A DNA stretch of 64,000 bases from Thermoanaerobaculia bacterium (GTDB lineage Bacteria; Acidobacteriota; Thermoanaerobaculia; Gp7-AA8), in contig DATLOL010000056.1 of assembly GCA_035536275.1 (NCBI GenBank), forward strand, positions 1,339 to 65,338, written 5' to 3'. This document shows, in pieces, positions 53,444-63,285 of the stretch. The first letter of the stretch is position 1. Every line of letters begins with the position of its first letter. The translations under genes were made by a program, and so were the position numbers. The notes under the pieces were generated by a model. That model ran no database searches, had not been told where the DNA came from, and was given only the letters and a program-made list of their open reading frames with translations.

Positions 53444-53639
53444 TTCCGCCGTCACCCGGTCCAAACATTCAAGATCTCGCAGGAACTGACGAATCGGCCG
53501 AGATCGCTGATTTCGAATCGCATTACCAAGGGCGCGGACGGGGCCCTGTCGCAGGGCGCTCTCACGCGCGGACGGTTGCCATCGCGCCGCGGACCCGTAC
53601 TATGAGGATGGGAGGCGCGACGCGGACGCTCCTCCGTTG

Positions 53640-53713
53640 CGGGGCGTGGCGCAGTCTGGTAGCGCGCTTGGATGGGGTCCAAGAGGTCGCAGGTTCGAAT
53701 CCTGTCGCCCCGA
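53640..53713 (+). tRNA. tRNA-Pro (anticodon GGG), CCA not encoded
   Basis: Manual cloverleaf: acceptor CGGGGCG/CGCCCCG, D-stem GCGC/GCGC, anticodon stem CTTGG/CCAAG with loop ATGGGGT, T-arm GCAGG-TTCGAAT-CCTGT, discriminator A. Confidence 0.85.
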
Positions 53714-54225
53714 TGACACGCGGAGCCTGCTGATCAGAGATCGGCGGCCTTCGCGTAGCGAGCACTTCGTGTTGACGGCGCTGTATCGACGCTCCGTTCT
53801 GCGATTTACGAACTGCACCGATCCGTGCTACGAAGTGCGTGCCCAGCTCTCCTTGACTTCGCCGCATCCAGCGCGCCAGCTGCACACGCACAGGCGCGCT
53901 CTCCGCGACCGCGAATCCAGCGTTTGGGGCTTGCAGACGCCAATAGCGCAGAACCCCCGCCTAGCGCGCCTGCCTGGGGGGACTCCACGCTTAGGAACAC
54001 GATTCACGCGTGTCGTCAACACGCCGTTCTGCGCACGAGCAAGGGGTTTCTCGCGTCCGGTGCGTCGCACGTGGCTGAAATCGAGAGCGTGCCTGCTACA
54101 CGGAGACACCCGCGCTCCTGTCGCAGCCCGCTGTGGGCGCACCCGCAGCGGAGTCGCGCAGTGGAAACGGCGCATGGATGCAGAGAACTCGTCAAGGAGG
54201 GGGCGGTCCCTAACCCCTTCCTCCC

Positions 54226-55275
54226 ATGTTCCCCTCTTCTTCTCCACTCCCACCTGCGCAGTTCGGGATTCCAGTCCCACCTGCGTCTTCTAGCCCGCCG
54301 CCGCCTCTGTTCGGCACGACGGCACTACCGTCCTCGGGCGATGCGCGGCCGGAGAACGAGGAACTGCTGCGCCAAGTGGTCGCTCGGTTCGAGTGCTTCG
54401 CCGACTACGCACTCCACGTGCTGAACCAGAGCCGCATGACGGTGCGGTGGTACCGCGACGCCATGCGCAACTACGTGGCGTTCCTCCGGCTCGGGCTCGG
54501 CCTGCCACCCGACGACTTCCACCGGCGAATCTACGACATCGATGGGTGGGTCCGATGGAACCTCCACGACCGGAAGCTTTCGGCCGTCTCGATGCACGGC
54601 TACTGGCGCGCCGTGAAGCGGTTCTGGAAGGACGTTGCCGCGCGCGACGGCGTCCAGAACCCGTTCGTAGGCAAGCGGCCACCCGCAAGACCGCAGCGCG
54701 TCCCCAAGGCGCACACACCCGACGAGTGCCGCCGCATTCTCGCCGCGGGCGAGAACTACCCGTGGGAGACGCCCTTCCACCGCGCCCGCGCGCTCGCGAT
54801 CCTCGGCACCGCGCTTCTCGCAGGACTCCGGAAGAGCGAGCTGCTCGCACTCGAAGTGCGCGACGTGGACGTGAACGCCGGCACGATCCGGGTCCGCCAC
54901 GGCAAGGGCAGCGGCGGGGGCAAGGAGCGCGTTGCGTACATGCCGGACGAGCTCCGCAGGCTTCTCACCGCGTACAACTCCGCGCGGGCAGCCGCGCACC
55001 TCGTCTGCCCCGACTACTTCGCATCCCTCAAGTACCGGCGTGGCATCAAGCGGGACACGCTCAAGCGGCTCGTGACGTACGTCCGTGCAGCCTCCGGCGT
55101 GAAGTTCACGATGCATACCCTCCGGCACAGCTACGTCTCGTGGCTCGTCCGGTCGGGGGTCCCGCTCCCGGTTGCGAGCGAGCTCGCCGGCCACACGATG
55201 ATTGAGACCACGATGAACTACATCCGCGTCTTCGACACAGATAAGCGTGCGGCGGTTGGCCGACTGCGGATGTGA
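54226..55275 (+). CDS. Tyrosine recombinase/integrase (XerC/D-like)
   Basis: 'LAGLRKSELLALEVRDVD' (Arg), 'HTLRHSYVSWLVRSG', 'LAGHTMIETTMNYIRV' (His...Tyr). The N-terminal Pro/Ser-rich 40 aa make the exact start uncertain. Confidence 0.8.
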   Translation: MFPSSSPLPPAQFGIPVPPASSSPPPPLFGTTALPSSGDARPENEELLRQVVARFECFADYALHVLNQSRMTVRWYRDAMRNYVAFLRLGLGLPPDDFHRRIYDIDGWVRWNLHDRKLSAVSMHGYWRAVKRFWKDVAARDGVQNPFVGKRPPARPQRVPKAHTPDECRRILAAGENYPWETPFHRARALAILGTALLAGLRKSELLALEVRDVDVNAGTIRVRHGKGSGGGKERVAYMPDELRRLLTAYNSARAAAHLVCPDYFASLKYRRGIKRDTLKRLVTYVRAASGVKFTMHTLRHSYVSWLVRSGVPLPVASELAGHTMIETTMNYIRVFDTDKRAAVGRLRM

Positions 55276-55362
55276 AGCTCGAGTCGAGGGCTTCTGGCAG
55301 AGCAGTCGTCAGAGGCCCTCGTGCTCGGGATGTTGACGCTTGGACGAAGACGCGGTCGTCCC

Positions 55363-56154
55363 TTAGTCCCACAGAAGAAGCGGTCCATCGCCGGCATATC
55401 CGATGAAGCCTTGCAGTGTTGTCCGCACCCCCGTGTCGAAGCGGTGGATGGCGTGGAGTCGACGCGCGTTGAAGATGACAAGATCGCCGACTGCGGGACG
55501 CACGACGAGTGTGGGAGGAACGTCCGGCCGGCCGACCGGCACATGGGATCGTCCGTCGATCCAGCCGAACTGCGCCCATATCTCGAGTTCGGCGCCGGTC
55601 GGCGGCACTTCAAGGTAGATATTCGCCGCGAGCTGCTCCACGAGCGGAAAGATTGTCGCGGGCAGGCCGTCGACATGCGGGTAGAGTTCGGAGCTCACGG
55701 ACGTGGCAGCGTTCATGATCCGCGCGATGCCGACGAACATCGGCTTCTCCTCAAATCGCGCGAGCAACGCTCCTGCTGGCCAGACCTCGTCCAGCTCCAG
55801 CCGTAGCTTGTCGATCGGCGAGAGGTATGGCGCGGCAGCAGCTCTGACCTGCCGGATCTGTGGCAACGCATCGGCGTAATATTGCTGCCGCGCCGTCGAA
55901 TCTGACGCCGCGGTCAACACGCTGTTGAACGGCGTTCCGACTCGGTCAACGCCGTAGTAGGCGTACCGGATCGTACCGTGCTCGTGGATCTCATGGTCGT
56001 ACGGCCGTCGGCCGTCATGGTTGGCTAGCCATGACGCAAGTCGTTGGCAGAGTTCCGCGTTTGCGTACGACGCGATGCGCAACGCGAGTGCGCGGCCACT
56101 GAGTAAACGACTGAGGCCATCAGCCGTAAGTGCGGACTCGGTCAGCAGATTCAC
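55363..56154 (-). CDS. 2OG-Fe(II) oxygenase-superfamily-like protein
   Basis: 263 aa. 'LYPHVDGLP' (HxD) and a distal 'ARRLHAIHRF' (His), with beta-rich C-terminal half. Motif-level call only. Confidence 0.45.
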   Translation of the reverse strand: MNLLTESALTADGLSRLLSGRALALRIASYANAELCQRLASWLANHDGRRPYDHEIHEHGTIRYAYYGVDRVGTPFNSVLTAASDSTARQQYYADALPQIRQVRAAAAPYLSPIDKLRLELDEVWPAGALLARFEEKPMFVGIARIMNAATSVSSELYPHVDGLPATIFPLVEQLAANIYLEVPPTGAELEIWAQFGWIDGRSHVPVGRPDVPPTLVVRPAVGDLVIFNARRLHAIHRFDTGVRTTLQGFIGYAGDGPLLLWD

Positions 56155-56879
56155 TTCGCCACACCGCGTCCAGCGCGCCTCCGTGCAATGCAGTTTTCGA
56201 TCTTCACGTCACTGTCGCGCCCGAAGTCTGTTTCGACGGACGAAGCGCGTGGGAACGAGAAACCAGCGTCGGTGAACAAATGCTTGAATTCGCGGAGCGG
56301 GCGGCAGTGCGCGGGCATCGCACGCTCCGGCGAGGTGACCACCTGACGCGCCGCCGCGTGCGCGAGCCCCAAGAGGACGAGCGCCCCTGGTCGCGAGATG
56401 CGATGCATCTCGCGCACGATCGCCTCATGCTGATCAAAGTCGCAGCAGTTCAGCAGCCCGTCCGCAACGAGCAGATCGAAGTAGTGATCGAGGAACGGCG
56501 TCGCCTGCGCGGGCGTCACGATTGGCAGAAAGTCGACACCGTGCTGAACGGCTTCTTCCAATGCCTGTGGCAGCACATCGAGCGCGACGACGGCGACGCG
56601 GAGTCTTGGGTTGTACTGCGTGAGAAACTTCTTCAAGTCTCGCGGGTTCGCCCAGTGAGCGCAGCCGACGATGAGACAGCGCAGCGTGCTAGGACGGCGT
56701 ACGAGCGCGCGTATCAGCCGAACGTTCATAGCACGGGTTGCAAGATCGTTGAAGAAACCGAAGAGCCTCCGCGAGCGGTTTTTCTTGTAGAAGGCGAAGA
56801 AAGTCGCCAGCTTGCTGGCACTCATCGGCGGCGGTCCGGGACGTCGTCCCGATCCTCGATCACGCTTACCAGTACTCAC
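56151..56879 (-). CDS. Class I SAM-dependent methyltransferase-like protein
   Basis: 242 aa. 'LRCLIVGCAHWANP', 'VVALDVLP', 'FDLLVADGLLNCC', 'ISRPGALVLLGL'. ATGA overlap with the oxygenase-like gene. Confidence 0.5.
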   Translation of the reverse strand: MSTGKRDRGSGRRPGPPPMSASKLATFFAFYKKNRSRRLFGFFNDLATRAMNVRLIRALVRRPSTLRCLIVGCAHWANPRDLKKFLTQYNPRLRVAVVALDVLPQALEEAVQHGVDFLPIVTPAQATPFLDHYFDLLVADGLLNCCDFDQHEAIVREMHRISRPGALVLLGLAHAAARQVVTSPERAMPAHCRPLREFKHLFTDAGFSFPRASSVETDFGRDSDVKIENCIARRRAGRGVAK

Positions 56880-57049
56880 GTCTCAGCACCTCCATTACCG
56901 TTCGTGCTCAGAGGGAAGTTCTCGCCGCCCGGCGAGAAAACGATCTGCTTCCTCTCGGTGGCTGGACCCTTCTTCTTGTTAGGGAGTGACCAAGAACCAC
57001 AGTTCCCTACCCTTACCAGCGCCTTGACGTGAGCCGTGTTGGCGAGCGA

Positions 57050-58112
57050 TCAGAACTCAAGCTCAAGGCGATCCGCGGCCGCGAGATGCTCGCCTGAGAA
57101 CACGGCGGAGTAGCGCTGCGTCATCGCGAGGCTCGCATGCCCAGCGAGGTCCATCGTGACGCGATCGTCCGCACCCGTCTGCCGCATGAGCGTCACGTAG
57201 GTGTGCCGGAGGACGTGCGGTGACACCGGTAAGCCAGTCTTCGCGCGGATTGTCGAGAACAGGCGACGGATCGCGCCGTCGCCGATGCGCCGTGCGCCGC
57301 GGAGCGTCAGGAAGTAGGGGTCCGCGGCGGCGTACCCCGCTGCCTCGCGCGCCTCCTCGTACGTGCGAAGAATCGCCGCAAGCTGCCGCGGCATGTACGC
57401 GGTCCGCGTCTTGCCACCGTGGCGCCCCTTACTGCGGACGATGCGGAACGTCTGTGCGGCGGTCTGCACGTGCTTCAGGTCGAGGCGCATCACCTCACCG
57501 CGGCGGAGGCCCGCGAGCGTCATGGAGGCGACGACCGCGAGGTTCCGCGCCGTGAGGAACGCAGGGCCGCGAGCATGCGCGAGGTGCGCGAGTAACCGCT
57601 CCGCGTCGGCGCGCTGGAGCGCGCGCGGCACTGGCGCGCTCGCTGCCGGCCGCCGGAAGAGCCGGAACGGGTTCCAGATCCCATCGAGCGTCGTAAAGCG
57701 ATCGACGAGCGACAGCATCGCGGACCAATAGGACCGCACCGTGCCGTGGAGCACGCCGCGGCCACGGAGCCACGCGATCCACTCCTCCAGCACGCGTGCC
57801 TGCGCGCGCGTCCGGCTCGCCCCGGAGGAGCGTGGTCGTGCTCCCGGTATCGTCGAGGAACCGCCGGAACTGCGCGTACGACGTACGCCACCAGCGCACC
57901 GTCGCGTCGCTTACGCCGTCCACGCCATGCCCGTACCGAACGGCGCGCGCAACCTCCTCGTCGAGCCGCTCGATCGACGCGAACTGGAACGGCCGCGTCG
58001 CGCGCGCTCGCGCCGCGGCGGGTGCCGTTGGACCGAACGGGAGCCACGGTGGCGACGGGACGTGCGCTGGCTGTAAGCCGGACGGGGCGTGCGGATCGAG
58101 CATGCAGGTCAC
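57050..58112 (-). pseudogene. Tyrosine recombinase split by a frameshift at a (GC)n run near 57805-57815
   Basis: The catalytic part (57050-57793) has 'LAGLRRGEVMRLDLKHV', 'HVLRHTYVTLM', 'LAGHASLAMTQRYSAV'. The N-terminal SAM-like core-binding part 'SDATVRWWRTSYAQFRRFLDDTGSTTTLLRGEPDAR' is in the frame of ORF 57495..58112. The frames meet at GACGCGCGCGCAGG. Confidence 0.6.
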
Positions 58113-58113
58113 G

Positions 58114-59769
58114 TTAGGAATTCATGTCGTCGTCGGCCGCAATGCCTGCGGCGCGCATCCGCCGCGCGCTCCGCGCGGCGATCGCATCGTGGAGCGGTGA
58201 CGCGGCCTCCGTGAGCGTCGCGGGCACGCGCGCGCGTTCCCCGTCCTTCCAGGCTAGCATCGCAGCATCGATGCGGGTCCGCAGCTCGCGCGGCGAGAAC
58301 GGCACGGGCACGGGCTTCAGGACTTGGATGCGGCGTGCCTTGTAGGGCCGCCCCTTGAGTAACCAGTAGCACGCGCCCACCGGCAGGTTCGCAAGGTCCG
58401 CCGTGCGCCACGCGATCTCCTCGGGCGCAGTGAGCAGCGGCTCCTCGATGCGTTCGTTCGGGCGCGTCTGCTCGCGCCAGACGCTCCCGAGCGGCTCGAA
58501 GATGTCGCGGGCCAGCGCGCGCGCCTCGGAGTGCGGGAGCCGGAAAAAGAACTGCCGGCCGGTGTTCCCGAGGAGGTGCGGGCGGAAGCTCGGCGGGAAG
58601 AGCGACAGCCCTTGCGCGGCGAGCGTGACGAAGACCCGATACTTGCGCGCCGCGACGAGGAAGTCTTCGAGCCCGCTCTCTGCTGCCGCAAGCACATGCG
58701 CCTCATCGAGCAGGATCGAGTACGGCCGCCGTTTGTCCGGCGGGACGCGCTCGCGCCGGAGCGCGGCGGTCTGGAGCGCATTCACGATCAAGCGCCCCAC
58801 CACGTCGGCGGTCGGCCCGAGATAGCCTTTCGCGAGGTTCACGAGCACGGTGTCGCCGCGGTCAATGACGCCCAAAAGATCGATGGTTGATTGCGGCTGG
58901 CCGAGGAACCGCTGCACCGCAGTCGACCCGAGGAAGGGCTCCAGCTTGTTCAGGACGGCGGAGACGTACATCTCCTCGCGCGCGCCGAAGCGCGAGGTGA
59001 AGTAGCCGCGCACTCCCGCGCTCGCCGTCGCGAGGACCTGCTGGCGCACGGCGGGCAGGAGGAAGAACGACCGGAGCTCGACGAGTGTGATCGGCTCGGC
59101 GCTTTCGATGCACGCCCGCAGCGCGTACCGGGTGATCTCTTCGACCTTCACGCCCCAGCTCCACGACGCGACGTCCTCGCCCGCGTAGAGGCGCTTCAGG
59201 ACGCCGACGAGGAGATCCACGTGGCGTCCGATGTCGACGCCCGCGAGCCGCGTGAGGAGGTTCCAGCCGGGCAGGGTCTCCGGCCGGGTGAAATCGATGA
59301 GGACGAGCCGCGGTGGCGGCGTTGCGACCGCGCGCGCCGCCACGCGCGCGAAGAGATCGCCGTGGAGGTCAATGAGCGTGAAGCCGCGCTGCTCGCGGAC
59401 GTGGTACTGCGCGAGATGCTCCAGCAGCGACGACTTGCCGCTCCCTGTCGCGCCGAGGACGAGGGTGTGTTGGAGGAGATCGCTCGGTGCGAGATGCGTG
59501 GTGATCGGATCGCCACCGGGCACGGCGTACGTGCCAAACGCCATCCCGGTGCGGTTCCGCTGCGCCTGCACGAACGGATCGCGCGCCCAGAACGCCGCCC
59601 AGCCTTGGCGCGCCCTCGCCGTGGACGTGTCGAAGGTGAGCGACAGCGCATCGCGATCCGGGCGAGGCGGTCGGGAGATCATGGAGCGACGGAAGGCCGC
59701 GCGGCATCGGCGGAGGAGCGCGGAGCCCGCGAGGAGGGCGAGGCCGAACGAAGGCATGCGGGTGTTCAT
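58114..59769 (-). CDS. FtsK/HerA/TraD-like P-loop ATPase (conjugative coupling-protein type)
   Basis: Start at ATG 59769 (MNTRMPSFGLALLAGSALL...). Walker A 'LVLGATGSGKSS', Walker B 'YSILLDEAHVL', 'VFVTLAAQGLS'. The track ORF extends spuriously to 60318. Confidence 0.65.
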   Translation of the reverse strand: MNTRMPSFGLALLAGSALLRRCRAAFRRSMISRPPRPDRDALSLTFDTSTARARQGWAAFWARDPFVQAQRNRTGMAFGTYAVPGGDPITTHLAPSDLLQHTLVLGATGSGKSSLLEHLAQYHVREQRGFTLIDLHGDLFARVAARAVATPPPRLVLIDFTRPETLPGWNLLTRLAGVDIGRHVDLLVGVLKRLYAGEDVASWSWGVKVEEITRYALRACIESAEPITLVELRSFFLLPAVRQQVLATASAGVRGYFTSRFGAREEMYVSAVLNKLEPFLGSTAVQRFLGQPQSTIDLLGVIDRGDTVLVNLAKGYLGPTADVVGRLIVNALQTAALRRERVPPDKRRPYSILLDEAHVLAAAESGLEDFLVAARKYRVFVTLAAQGLSLFPPSFRPHLLGNTGRQFFFRLPHSEARALARDIFEPLGSVWREQTRPNERIEEPLLTAPEEIAWRTADLANLPVGACYWLLKGRPYKARRIQVLKPVPVPFSPRELRTRIDAAMLAWKDGERARVPATLTEAASPLHDAIAARSARRMRAAGIAADDDMNS

Positions 59770-60575
59770 CAGATGGTGGTGCGGGTGAGGAGCACGAGGA
59801 AGAGCACGAGTACGAGGACGGCCGTCGCAAGCACCGCGAGGTGCACGAGCGCCCGGCGCAGGAACGGGATCGCGAGATAGCGAAGGAGCAGACGCTCGAA
59901 TCGCGAGGGCGGAGCGGGGTCGGAGACGACGAGTCCGCCGTGTGCCGGATGCCGGGCGAGGAGGGCGCGACGCGCGAGCTTCCGAAGGTGCCAGCGCGCA
60001 TGCGCACGCCCCCGCAGTTTCACCATGCCGACCAGGTGATCGACGTGCGAGTCCGGCCGGTGCGGCTCGCACCAGAGCAGGTAGAGGTACACCGTGAACG
60101 TCGTTCGTCCGACGAGCGGCAGCACCTGCACGAACCAGTGCGTCGGGAGATCCTGCTGCACGGTGCGCTCGGCATGGCGGGCCTGCACGCCTGCGACGAT
60201 CTCCACGAGGACGGTATCGATCCCCCAGAGGTCTTCGACGGAATAGATGAGATGGCCCGAGCGCGTGAGCCGGTCGAGCCAGCGGATGACCCGGCGGTTC
60301 GACACGCGGAGCATCCACGCGAGGTCGTTCACGCGGAGCGCGAGGAGTCCCGTCCGTTGCCGGAGCGCCTTCGCAAGCAGCAGGAGCAGCGCTTCGTCCC
60401 GGCCGACGGCGTCCACGACCACGAAGAATCCGGAGAGGTCGGCGCGCACGGTCGAGATGCCTTCCGGTGGTTCCGGTCGAGGTGTCAGGAACCGGAGGCG
60501 CGTCGAATCCTGGAGCGGATGGTCGGGCCGGGGATGCGGGGCGCCGCTAGGCTGCGGCAGGAAGAACTCCAGCAT
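59769..60575 (-). CDS. Winged-helix-like DNA-binding protein with a C-terminal TM anchor
   Basis: Start at ATG 60575. 'LRVNDLAWMLRVSNRRVIRWLDRLTRSGHLIY', and the C-terminal 'LVHLAVLATAVLVLVLFLVLL'. Its stop overlaps the ATPase ATG by 1 nt. Confidence 0.45.
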   Translation of the reverse strand: MLEFFLPQPSGAPHPRPDHPLQDSTRLRFLTPRPEPPEGISTVRADLSGFFVVVDAVGRDEALLLLLAKALRQRTGLLALRVNDLAWMLRVSNRRVIRWLDRLTRSGHLIYSVEDLWGIDTVLVEIVAGVQARHAERTVQQDLPTHWFVQVLPLVGRTTFTVYLYLLWCEPHRPDSHVDHLVGMVKLRGRAHARWHLRKLARRALLARHPAHGGLVVSDPAPPSRFERLLLRYLAIPFLRRALVHLAVLATAVLVLVLFLVLLTRTTI

Positions 60576-61260
60576 GCGAAGTGATGGATGCAGGGCCGAG
60601 GTCAACGAGGTACGCCATCGACGCGAAGATGCGCCGGAGCGGTGGAGCTGGGAGCGCTTCAGGAGATTGCATGCTCGTTGCGACGATCGGCCGCACGAGA
60701 TGTGCGCGTTGCGCGAGGAGATCCACGACGCCATCGCACGCGAAGTCCACGCGCTCGACGATGAGGAGCGCCGCAGCAAGCGCTGCCTGCATGTCGGAGG
60801 GTGCCGGTGTGCGATCCGCGCGCAGGCGGCAGATCCGCACGGCCGCACGGCCAAACGCCTGCTCGATGAAGCGGATGGATTCGGAGAGGATCGCGGCGGG
60901 TCCCACGAGGAAGAGTCCGCGCCCGCCGTGGATGGTCTCCTCGGCGAACCGGTCGACGTACCGCACGATGGCCTCCGTCGCCGCGACATTGCCGCCAAGC
61001 GGCGCGGCGGGCTCCACGCGCTGCTCGCGCTCGAACTCCACGGTTGCGTAGTGGAGCGCGAGATGGCGCACCATGCGGTCGTCGCCGAACGTCCGGAGAA
61101 TCGCGGCGAAGGTCCGCATCGTGAGCCTGCGGCGGCCGGACGCGTACTGGACGAGCGTGGTCCGGTCGATCCCGAGTTCTCGCGCGAGCCGCTCGGTCGA
61201 CCAGCCCCACTCGTGGGCACGATCGAGGAGGAGCGCGATGATGCGAGGCTTTGGCTGCAC
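60547..61260 (-). CDS. XRE-type HTH protein with an uncharacterised C-terminal domain
   Basis: GTG start; 'WSTERLARELGIDRTTLVQYASGRRRLTMRTFAAIL'. Confidence 0.45.
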   Translation of the reverse strand: MQPKPRIIALLLDRAHEWGWSTERLARELGIDRTTLVQYASGRRRLTMRTFAAILRTFGDDRMVRHLALHYATVEFEREQRVEPAAPLGGNVAATEAIVRYVDRFAEETIHGGRGLFLVGPAAILSESIRFIEQAFGRAAVRICRLRADRTPAPSDMQAALAAALLIVERVDFACDGVVDLLAQRAHLVRPIVATSMQSPEALPAPPLRRIFASMAYLVDLGPASITSHAGVLPAAA

Positions 61261-61722
61261 AGTCAGCGGCTAGGTGGTACGGCCATTGTCGCGGCGCGGC
61301 CGGTTGATAGAGAGCGCGGTGCGCGCGTTCGTGGCACGCTGCCACGCCTCGTTTGCGTCCTCATGCCACGCGCGTAGGCAGGCAGTGTGGCAGGACGCCA
61401 CGCGACACCGGAGGCACGGGCAAGCGGGCATGAGTGTCTGTTCGTCCTGATTCTACGAGGCACGTGTGTGTCAGGTCGTGAGGAGGACGGACAGCGCAGC
61501 GACCCGGCGCGTCTGTGGGGCTTCCAGAAGCCGCACTCCGCGCAATCCCTTGTCGACATCCTTTACAACTCGAAGAAGCGTGGCGCTGTGCCACGCGCGC
61601 TCCGCACGTCGCCGCGGTCTCGAAGCGGTCAGGCCGTGGCGTCCAGCCACGACGCCACCGAGCGCCCACGGCGATGCCGCACGTGGGCGCTACCATCGCA
61701 CGCGCCATTTCCCCAAACCCTC

Positions 61723-62916
61723 ATGGATGCATGCCGCCGCGTGCCGGTACTCGCCGGTGAGAGTCAGGTTGAGTCCGTGCCTTCGCCGCCCGGACTATCT
61801 CCGCATGTGCTCGACTTGCGCGCGGCCGTCGAGGCGGTTCTTGCAGCTGATGCGGCGCGACCGGACGACAGTATTACGCGCGAGCGGTTGCAGGAGCACG
61901 CATCGCATGAGGAAGCCGTTTCTTCGCCTGCAACCTGCGAACGTACGCTTGCAGATTCGGCCGATGGTTCTTGCACCGATATTCGGGTGCAAGAAGCCCT
62001 GCAAGAACCACTGCAACACGTGCTCGAAGGCGAGGTCCACGCCGCGCCAGGTGGTCCCGCCCGGCCGCTTGATCGCGAGATGCTCCTCCGCGCTGTGACG
62101 CTGCGCATTCTGTCGTTTCGCCAGCTCCACGCACTGGCGCTGCCGGGACAACACTTCTCCGGCGTCGGCCGCCGTGCCGCCGTGCTCCAGAAGCTGGGTC
62201 TTGCCACGGTGTGGGAGGACCGGCTCCCGCAAGGCGGCCACCCACGCTACCTCGTTCCCACCGCCGCGGGGATCGCGTGGGCGCACGCCGAGCTCGTCGC
62301 GCGCGCGGCTTCTACGCCACACGCGAGGCTCGTCCGGCACATGCTCGCGGGCGCCAGCAGAAGCCCGCTTCGACTCGCGCCGTCCACCGCGCCGGCGTGG
62401 TTCCCGCACCAGCGCGCGACGAACGAGCTCGCGACGCGCTTCGCGCTCGCCGCGCCGCTCGATGTCACGTGGGCGTCGGCGTGGCACCGGCCGCTCCCGA
62501 ACGCGATCGACAGCCTTCCGCTGCCGCAACCGGATTTCGTCCTTGTGCGGCGGCAGGGCGACGCGAGCTCGCTCATCTTCGGCGAAGTGGACCGCGGGCA
62601 CGAACCGCTCGCGACCTTCGCGCGCGTGAAATCCGAACGCTACGCCGGCCTCGCGGCGTCCCCCGATCTTCTGGAGCGACTCACAGGCTTTCGCTCGTTC
62701 GAGGTGTGGGTGGTGGTGGAGAGCGCGCAACCGCTTGAGCGGCTGTCCGCGCTCCTCGCTGCGACACGGCGAACCTACGGCGCGTCGATGATGCGGTTCA
62801 CGCTTTCTCCGTGGGCACTGGACGCACCCACAGGTGCGATCTGGTTCGACGTCAAGCACGCGCCCGCGCATACGTCGCTTCACCGCCTCGAGCACGCGAA
62901 CCTCATCGCTCCGTGA
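61723..62916 (+). CDS. Replication-relaxation (Replic_Relax)-like protein
   Basis: The frame is open from 61387, and candidate starts are ATG 61723 or ATG 62080. 'LRILSFRQLHALALPG...AAVLQKLGLATVWEDRLPQGGHPRYLVPTAAG' is wHTH-like. 'LPQPDFVLVRRQGDASSLIFGEVDRGHE' matches the nuclease-fold core typical of that family. Confidence 0.5.
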   Translation: MDACRRVPVLAGESQVESVPSPPGLSPHVLDLRAAVEAVLAADAARPDDSITRERLQEHASHEEAVSSPATCERTLADSADGSCTDIRVQEALQEPLQHVLEGEVHAAPGGPARPLDREMLLRAVTLRILSFRQLHALALPGQHFSGVGRRAAVLQKLGLATVWEDRLPQGGHPRYLVPTAAGIAWAHAELVARAASTPHARLVRHMLAGASRSPLRLAPSTAPAWFPHQRATNELATRFALAAPLDVTWASAWHRPLPNAIDSLPLPQPDFVLVRRQGDASSLIFGEVDRGHEPLATFARVKSERYAGLAASPDLLERLTGFRSFEVWVVVESAQPLERLSALLAATRRTYGASMMRFTLSPWALDAPTGAIWFDVKHAPAHTSLHRLEHANLIAP

Positions 62917-63093
62917 CCGTGTGGCCGTGGCAGCGTGCCACGCGGCGCCGCGTCGCGTCACATCACGCGGATGCGGTTTCCGCTGTGGCGCGCCGCCACG
63001 ATGCTTCGTCTCGATCTCGGCCATGCGCACGTGCCGCGGTTCAATAGGCGCGTCGGCAGCGATCGACGCCCCTTCACAAGGCAACTCCCCGGC

Positions 63094-63285
63094 TCACGCG
63101 CCCTCCTCGGCATCTGCCCGTTCGAGCCGCGTGAACGTCTGCGCAAAGAGCGCGGGGCTCGTCATCGGACGTTCCCCGTTCTCGATGTCGCGCACCGTTG
63201 TTGCGGGCAGCCCGAGCGCGCGTGCAAGTTCGTCGACACTCATGCCGAGCGCCAGCCGGCGCGAACGTACTTCCTTGGGTGTCAT
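63094..63285 (-). CDS. Small XRE-family HTH regulator
   Basis: Start at ATG 63285: 'MTPKEVRSRRLALGMSVDELARALGLPATTVRDIENGERP'. Confidence 0.6.
   Translation of the reverse strand: MTPKEVRSRRLALGMSVDELARALGLPATTVRDIENGERPMTSPALFAQTFTRLERADAEEGA

Larger units (their letters stand above)
42100..53639. mobile_element. Right (lower-GC) module of the composite island, ending at tRNA-Pro
   Basis: Base composition is visibly more AT-rich than the flanks. For example, line 45061 counts 27 G+C of 60, against 39 of 60 for line 1. The cargo is accessory-type. Boundaries are approximate. Confidence 0.45.

Noticed and set aside
53637-54293. 218-aa plus-strand ORF and other ORFs covering tRNA-Pro and the 510-bp region upstream of the integrase
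   Set aside because: The ORF runs straight through the tRNA-Pro gene, and its translation is low-complexity. The region is better explained as tRNA plus att/promoter sequence. I could not support any sRNA.
59770-61220. Upstream extensions of track ORFs 58114..60318 and 59769..61220
   Set aside because: The extensions are Arg/Pro/Ser-rich and overlap better-supported genes in other frames. Internal ATGs at 59769 and 60575 give compact, overlap-coupled genes.
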